DNA of 64,000 nt. It comes from Octopus sinensis. Its lineage: Eukaryota. Each line of letters begins with the position of its first letter. Positions within the stretch are counted from its first letter, which is position 1. Positions 55,386-64,000 of this stretch are shown here, in pieces. The translations under genes and the position numbers were made by a program. The DNA lies in contig NW_021835999.1 in the NCBI RefSeq assembly GCF_006345805.1, forward strand, positions 248,001 to 312,000, written 5' to 3'. Under the pieces are notes generated by a model. That model worked only from the letters and a program-made list of their open reading frames with translations. It did not search any database and was not told where the DNA came from.

Positions 55386-58300
55386 TCAGGTACAAGTTTG
55401 AATAAAACGGGTTGAAGAAACGACCTGGTAAGCCTGACAGCCACCACCTAAGCAATGAAAATGGGATAAGCCGACCTCGAATACGTGTTGAGATGAGACA
55501 ACCTGTAACACAATTTGTGTGGCCTTTCTACGAACATAGTGGTCTCTGTCCGATGTGCGAATGAGAACATGAGACACAAATACATCAACAGTATTATCTG
55601 GGATGACGAACTCGGAGACTATCATGGACAAATACATCATGGTCCTTCTCTTGACATGGAGTAGACCAGAATTTAAATTCTGCGAATGATAGGAAGCAGA
55701 ACATTATAGATAATCTCGTACACCACAAAGTCGACAACACCCGTGGAGCTCTGATGGCGGTAGACGAGGGGGATGAGGTCGATGGCATAGGAAATGAGTC
55801 GGCCCTGGAATGACACCCCTGCTTACCTCCTCCTTCCGAGGACCACAAATTTCATCGAGAATGTTGAAGGCCACTCCCATATACCGTGCCATTCGAACAG
55901 GATCAGCCACAATCAGCCAGTATAAAGCATGGAGACGAAACTCACGGGAGAACGAGTAAATTCTCCGAAACTCGAAAATGCCTGTGGACTAATGCACTCC
56001 GCATACGAATGAACAAGTATTTCTTGACAGCCGCCCCGAACACGTCGTTGCGGACATAGGAAAAGATGAGGCCTGTGCATTTGGCTGCCCGTCGGTGAAT
56101 GTTGGGGAGTACACAGTTTTCGTATATAAACAAATGCCGCTTTATAAACCAGAGAGGGTCACAAGTCAGAGGAGTCTTTCGTTCTGCAATGTAACAGAAT
56201 AAACCGAGAGTGGATTTCCTGCAATGACCGACAAATGACAACCGTGTATGAGGAAGCATCGAGCGTGTGTGGGACTCGATCAGACGTCTGAACAAAGTGA
56301 GCAAATCAGAATCACTCCTTATCACATTCTTCGCAAAACGCACACAAGCTTGGCGCACTCCCCTACTTTCCAATGTTAAAATATAAATCAGGGCTTCGAG
56401 GATGGGAGAAAAGTAGTTGTCGTACCCAACCACCAACACAAACTCCTCCAACATGCCAATTAACACTTTCTTCATCGGCAGAGAGTGCTCACTTTTGATA
56501 CGACCAATCAGGGCGTCCATTAGACGGTCTTTGATTGAGAAGAGCATTTCTGCTGTTACTCGGGGTATTATTGACATGAAAAACTGAACGGATGCTTGCT
56601 TGTACTCATCAGAGTTGAATCTGAACATTAACCCTCGAATTATGATCGTCACGATTAAATCAAATGCCTGCCACTATACTAACACCATGACTTGGTAAGG
56701 GTGACACAATCCGGGAATAATTGGAGATTTCTGTGCAATCAGAACAGAATTAAGCACGTCTTTCAATTTGTGGAATGACTGAGTGACCCGCAGAATAGTT
56801 GTTCTCTGCAATGATTAATCGGAAGACAACCTTCACCAACTCTTCCATCGTAGCACAGGCAGTCTCAATGAGCATGGGGTCATCATCACACAGAAACCCA
56901 AAAAGAACACCAAACACGTCAAAGAAGCTGTCTCGAGGACTATAGGCTTTACTCGAACAGCACGCCAAAATGATGTTGCCATAAACGAGACGGTCACATC
57001 TGTCAGGCGTGGGAAGTGACTGGAGAACATATCCCAAAACCTCCAAATAAGTCTTCCTACACGTGATTCCACGGAAAATAAGCATCGTCGAGGACATTGC
57101 ATTGCTACTCCCGTCCCGCAAAGCATCACGACAGTGAAGGAAGACAGCCTCGAACACGACCCTCGCCTGAGTGCCCAATGATGTGGCCATTCCCCGAATA
57201 GAGAACTCGACCAGCAAAGTTAAGGAATGAGATATCTACAATGAGAGCCACTCCATACCAGAGGGATTATGTAATCACCAAAAACATGAGTTCCCAAATT
57301 GCAGATGGAGTGTAGGATACGAAAGGGGAACTCCCCCTCCCAGGGAGGACCCTATCACATCAGAATATTGGCCATACCAATAATTGGACAATTTGTGGGA
57401 GAACTGGCTTGATCGAATAATCGCCGGCTATTTTATAGAATGTGGAGAAGCCAGAAATAACCTCGTCTTGAATTAACTGGTTGTGGTGTTGGAAACACAT
57501 TGCAAAAGCCTCGGCAATGTCAGTCCCCATGAATATCGCCCACAATCAACAAATGCAGTCAAACCTGTTCTTTGGTGCAAGCAGACACAACATGTCTGAG
57601 GATTGTGACAAATTGATCGGCGTGGCTTAATTGCACCAAGTGGGGAATAAAGTTGTATTTGAGTGTGTTCATTTTGCGAGTAACATTCCTCAGTGAGGAG
57701 AAGGCATTCTGCAAATGATAGATCACACGACATTTCTGCAGTGAGGCAGGGACGCCAATTCGAGGACAACGGCGAGGAGGACGGGGATTATTGTGCGTAG
57801 TGTCGCGTAATAATTGAACACTACCGAATTCCACACTTTCAAAGCGGGAGATGAGATGTGTGAGAGGGGGTCAAATTGACTTGTATAAATAAAGGAAAGA
57901 ACCCGAGCAAACAGGGCGTCCCCCAGGTGTGTGCGCAAATACTAACATAGAGTGTCGAACTAACCTCATAATTGGCCTGGGAGGGGAGTATCGAGTCAAA
58001 TAACTCAGGAGTTGAAGTGGGGACAAATCCCACAATTTGACAAAACAGTCGTCCAATTAGGCGGATGGAGCTGCCCCGAATGAACGAATTCTCATCCACC
58101 ATGCAAGACAGAATGATTGGGGCAATAATATGCACACATGTATCACCAAACGAGTACACAATGCACGTGAGAGTTCGCAGTGAAATTTCCCTCAAAGTTC
58201 GGCATTCACTACAAAACATCTGAGGAATAGTCCGATTACTCAACCATCAAGAGAGGAGGCATCAGTTTGGAGATATACGGAATAAATTCGACAGGAAAGT

Positions 58301-61300
58301 CTCGGATAACATGCAAGCCTATCAGCAGACATCCATCCTTCAAGAGAGGACATTGGTCACTATTCACGACTGCGGCAATATGGTCCAGAGTGGCCGTCAC
58401 TTTAGCTGGGCCCAACACCTTCACGATCTCGTAATACCCTTCGATAGTGCAACCCACAACAAACCATCCACTGCACAAGTCAAATTGACTCGGTTTGAGA
58501 GGAGTGAGTACAACCACCCCAATAGCTGGTCGACTGCCTCCGAGTCGATAGTCTTGGCCACTGTGGAAAAAGCTCGGACAGACATGGCACGCACATTCAA
58601 GTCGAAGCTCGTCAACGACAACTTCAAGCAGGGGATTACTTGATGGGCGTACATTCGCAAATCCTCAAATTGAGAACAGGGACACAATACTTCCACACGA
58701 GCCAATGTAGCCAATCGAGTGAATATAAGAGATGACAAAAGACTGCTCCGGTCGTCTTTGAATCCTTGGAGAATGACGGGCATAATTATGGCAATAGAGA
58801 GTGAGTCCACCACATTTGTTAGTCTGAGCAACCCACTCAATGCTTCGCCCGTCAACTGGGGGTTAACGAGAGCCGACAATATGGATTGCAGGATTACTAC
58901 ACTCATTATAATCGGAATACTGGTTATTTCGGGATTTTTGATAAACGACGAAATCTTATTGAGGGCACGACTGGCACTGTCTCTGACTTGTCCAGTCAAG
59001 TCTCGGAGTGAGTCCAGCAAGTGAGAGATCACGCTCGGCAATGCCCGGGTCATAATTTCCTCAGAACTATGGGCAATTGATCCCAGGATTTCAATCGAAC
59101 CTGCCTCTTTATTACAACAAATTACAAATTCTTGTCCTCCAAGAACGATCAGAAAGTGCCTCCAGGAGCTGGGGGAGGATTTTTTCCATTCCTTCAGTGC
59201 TCAAAGTTGCCATAACCACACGCGAACAGTCAATGGCGGCCTTTCGGACATGGTCATTCTGGTCTCCAATCAGATTGAGGAGATGTGGGAGAAAGGCCAC
59301 AATGTATGGTTCGAATGACTTGCCCACAATTTTGCACAATGCTTTGAACAGGAAAGTGGCGTCTTAACTTATGACAAGTCGAATATTACTTTCACGAGCA
59401 ATCAAGTCCTTACTAGCAAAGTTGGCAGTGAGGAATGTAACAATGTGGTATTTGTCGAAGGAATCAACCCCCAGACCATGACACAGTCCTGCCAATCCGT
59501 AGGCAAATCCTAGTCGATCCACATAGACTGGAGATTCGACAAGTCCATTCTTCATTCGAAGAACAAAGACCTTCTCTTTGGATCGAATAGTCTTTGCGAA
59601 GGTTGGGAGACACCGGGCTACGTTCTCCTGAACCTGAGACTGAGACAAACAAGGAGATGCCATTTCGGAGGGAGTGGAGAGTGCGCCCAACAGTTTTTCT
59701 AGAATAGAGGGCATTCTCTTGTCGTTTCCGTCCAGATGTACGGCGAGTGCCCCCATTATGGTCACCAAAGCATACCGCCGCATGTCAAACTCGGCAGAGT
59801 TGGGAGTCTCGCAAAGAATCCTGTCGAGAACGGGCAATAAACCCCGGACATGTTTCTACAACAATGAATGAATGGAGAACCTCTCCGTATGTCTGAGATA
59901 GAGTAATGGCGACATGATAGTACTGCTTGACCACATCGGGACTGGAGTCATCCACTGCCGATGAGAGAATGAAGCGGAGGACATCCATCACAAGCCCCGA
60001 GGAGTTTCCGTAGAAGGAGACCAACTCAAACAAGGCCATTCCACCACCAAGTCGACCCCACCAAGAAGTGTTGGTGTTGTAGGCCTCCTTTATCTTGTCA
60101 ATGATGTCACTGATCGAGACTCGTCTCATTCGAATGAAACAAAAGGCGAGTGCTTTCGAGGCTGCAACTCGTAGTTCAGTCTGATGACTCATCGCCATGT
60201 CAAACACGTCGTCAAATACCAGTCGAGTTACCTCCCGATCGGTCACATCGAAAAGTCAGAATAATCAATCGAGCCACCTACTGCTCGGCCAGTCGACTGA
60301 TAGAAGGATACGCCGAGTGAATGGACACCAGACATGCACTCTTGATCTGTCGAAGCAGGACAGGACATTCCACAGATTCCACACAAACTGACATTTTGAG
60401 AAGAGTCTGCCATTATGCCCACACAAACCTCAAGAGCAACAAGTTTAAGGACGTGGTTGTGCTTGAAAAGCATATTGACGAGTATCTGCACTTTGAGAGG
60501 ACAGTTAGTCTCGAGATTGCATAAGAAGGCGGCCAAATCAAACAAGTGGACGGCCTTGTCAGTCATATCAACTACTGTGGCCTCCCCAAGCACTAGGAGG
60601 TGGTCAGTCGGTATCATATCGACGATGCTCTATTCAGTCAGAGGAAGGAGTCACCTGGTCATTGGGGGCCCATATCTTGACCTTTTCCAGAAGGTGGATC
60701 AAGTGGGTGATCGGACGAACATAGATGGGAGAAAAGGACAGAGAATGACCCATTTTACGACAATACTCCGAGGAGATAATATTGCTGGTCAGAAATAAAA
60801 CATAACAAGTCTGTGCTACGAGAAGGTCTCTCTTTTTCTCTATTTGTGCGAATACTCTGTCCCCGGTCTCGATCAGCTTAATGGCCTCCAATATATGCTC
60901 AACAGGGTCAGTCCCCTCAAACAACACGACTTTGCACCGCCAAACAATATTCCCTGGGAATGAGGAAATATCACCCAACTCTTATCGGGAGAGAGATTAG
61001 GGAATGCATAGTCCACTAAGAATTGAGTGAACATGACTCCAATTCGGTGGAGGACACAATCTCGCAGCAAATCATGAGAGTGGGACAAAAGTGATAGAAA
61101 ATTGTCTGGCCTGATATAACACCCGTCCAGTTCACTCAGAATAGATATCAGCCAATATGGCCTGTCGATTAACTACGAATTCTGTGACTAATCAGACCTG
61201 GTGAACTCTTTTAGAGATGGACGCCTCATGGGAGAGTGTCTCGTCGATTTTAGCAAGTTGTTGGGGAGTCATGGACACTCCATTATACAAGCACGTGAAA

Positions 61301-63952
61301 ATGGGCTACTCTTGAGGACAAACCACTACCTCCTCAGTCTTCCCACGACTGTCCTTCATGTTCGTCTCCCTGATGCTTCGATAGAACAAACACAAATCAC
61401 CCTTCGACCAGTCCGACGTCAAAAACAAGACCCCCGTCGGAAGCCTCCATAATGGCACGTTCTTCCTCAGTCACCCCGGCAGTGAGAACAACTCGGTCTC
61501 CCTCCAGCAATTCGTCGAGGATACTACTCCCGAATTGACGAGCAAACGGAAGATTGGAAGAAATATAGGCTGATAGATTGAGAATAGACTGGCTTTCGAG
61601 GTTAGCCACTGCCAAATTGACACAGAATGACACGGGAATGGAGAAAATGTCATAATTGGCTCGCAAATAGTTAACATTGTCTATAACCATCAGAATGTGG
61701 TACTACACAATCTGGGGTGAAAGAGGTACGGCAGGACACTCTCCAGGCCGTCCACTGAGTTTAAAATGACACGGAGGACTCCTCGGAAACGGGAGGGAGA
61801 GAAAACACAGCACACGGACAAGCATTTCCTCTACAATGGCACAAAAGAATAACATTGAGTTTGGCATGTTCCAAACTGTCAAACAAATAGAGCACACACT
61901 TCAGAATGTCACCAATGGACTCCGGAAAATGACATGTCAATTTGTCACCAAGAACAAACAATTTGTGAAAATAGATAATAACGATGGGCCACGTCAAGTC
62001 CGACTGAGGCATTAATTCCAAGGCCAGTCTATGAACAATTCTCAGTTCTGTGGTGGTGATAAGAATACAACCATTTCTGGAATACAGCACTATGGACTTG
62101 TCGAGGAATATGCCAATAGTGTAGCACACAGTGGGACGAGTTTGCCCCAACACACTCAGCATTTCGAGGAGGGGGAGGGACAGGGAAATTCCCCCCTTCA
62201 GACTGAGAACACGATCAGTCCACTCAATAATATGATTGATCAAGTCAATATCGAATTCTACCAATAATGAATGAATGATACCCTCGAATGAATTAATAAC
62301 TAAATTCCCCACCAGTTTAGTATAGCCCACAATACTCCACAGTCGATCATATCCGAGAATGCTCTCCTGAGAGTGACACCGAATGAGTACAATAATGTTG
62401 GGAGTACATTTGAACAGACTCCATCCAGTCAGAGTCCTAATCATCGCCTCGAGGACACGCACAGAATTGGTCTCACTCATCAGGGACAGTAGAGAACGAA
62501 AGACACATTCACACGACTGGTCAGTGACTGCAGTGGACTGTGCCAAATACCCCATGCATTGCAGAACAGCCTCCTTCTTGACCACGTCGGAAGGAGACAA
62601 GACTGGAATGAGCATTCCACTCACCCGAATATTTGTCACATAGTCGCTCAAAAACGGAGGCAGGAGGACTGGCCTTGCAGACAGCTCGGAATGACTGGAC
62701 TGCCCTGTCTCTGTTTTCTGCCCCTTCCATGCATTCTGTGTATATTACTCCACGCATTGCCTAGTAGGGCCTCCACTAGAAGGAGGACGGAATGGTGGTC
62801 GCAGGTGATGTGAGGGATGAGGGCATCGAAGACTACACTCACACGAGGACATACACATGTTGAGTTGGTGCATGTACATATTAATAATACGAAGGAGGGC
62901 CGGCCGGACGAGAGATATGTCCACCAGGCGGGCGACGTGTTTGGCCGCAGTCTGAGAATGAGACACAATCCTGACCAATAGGGAACAGTCTCGAATGCCT
63001 CTATTCTGCACATTCGCTATTAGACTGGACAATATACTCTGCAATGTCCACATTTCCATTACCGTGGCATTGTTGGGGAAATATTGCTTTCCCACACTGC
63101 AGAAAATGCAAATGCAGTAGAACAGTCCAAAGTCGACAATATCGCCAATCGTGTCCAGAATGCGGGCACACGCCGAGTAGGGGCAGTACAACTTAAATTC
63201 ATCAACCGAGTAATCACATTGATCACCCCACTCCAAATGCGGGCCATGTGTTCTCTCAATTTGGTTTCCCTTCTATGTTGTCTGGCCATTCGAGAGAGTG
63301 TGGACAACTGGAATGTCAATTTCAATGCCTCTACAATTTCCCGCCACAAATAATCCACGTAATTATTCCCCCCAGTGACGAATTTGGCTATACTGCCCTC
63401 CATCAATGAGGAAATGGCCGCCAGTCTCCACACCCAATCGGCAGCACTACTGGAAGGGAAAACTGACAAAATGTTGGTCGGTCCTTGCGGGGTGTGTTGG
63501 AGGAGGAAGAATAGGAGGAAGTGATGTTGAGATTTGTCTCCCAAATAGGCAGGGAGGGGAGAAGCATATTCTGCCAGGCAATAGAGCTGTTCGGGTGGGA
63601 GGACTTGATAATGATATATATTATACTTGCAATTTGCTCACTAAACACCCCGATGGGACTATTAAAAAGATTGTCGGGAATTATTTCATCCATCAACACA
63701 CAAGGTTGAATTTAGTAAACATATCAATTTAAACAAATATTGCTTTAAAATATGTTAATTTATTAATACATTTCCCTTGTTTTCCATGTCGGCATTGTAT
63801 GTTTTTATACCAACAAGACCATCACTCAAAACTAATAACCCTAACCCTTTCTTAAAATTAGGTTTGGCCTTTTTAACCCACAAGTAATCTCTCAGTGACA
63901 CTTGTGTGCTATTAATCCCCTGACAAATCATGTCCTCCAAAACACGAGGCAC
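55386..63952 (-). CDS. GCN1: GCN1 HEAT-repeat translational activator (5' end may lie at or beyond the window edge)
   Basis: About 8.5 kb of consecutive helical exons. LSTPSEMVQENVARCLP, RLGFAYGLAGL, GKSFEPYIV, VRKAAIDCSRVVMATLS, DRSWRT and IKNPEI match the GCN1 core. The N-terminal half is too divergent to confirm it is the same gene. Confidence 0.85.
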
Positions 63953-64000
63953 ATCTCAGGCAAGCAAAAACTTAATTTCCATGATAAAATGACAATAAAA

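Overview
Gene-dense eukaryotic (animal) genomic DNA using the standard genetic code. Almost every gene is split by extremely short spliceosomal introns (mostly 20-32 nt), which is why the ORF track is fragmented. Animal-type RALBP1, ciliary genes (tektin, ODF3, TTLL6/13, BROMI) and ~25-nt introns best fit a highly reduced ciliated metazoan such as a dicyemid mesozoan; this is an inference. I recognise 17 host genes (TTLL6/13, UPP, DDX27, CIB, tektin, TRIP4, RALBP1, U2SURP, glutamine synthetase, STOML2, TBC1D32, RPL36A, AP2M1, NRAMP, cytochrome b5, ODF3, GTF3C5) plus a long GCN1 and a few orphan genes. AT-rich spacers hold decayed transposons: three pogo/Tigger elements, a Tc1/IS630 relic, and RTE-, R4-, CRE- and jockey-like non-LTR retrotransposons. 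Main observations: (1) frequent GC-AG micro-introns with a minimal G|GCA donor; (2) an apparent kb-scale oscillation of C-rich then G-rich strand skew; (3) a triple-nested insertion whose middle element has TGT...ACA ends and a telomere-repeat-derived array; (4) transposase genes that carry host-type micro-introns. Gene models were spliced by eye, so terminal coordinates are approximate where stated.
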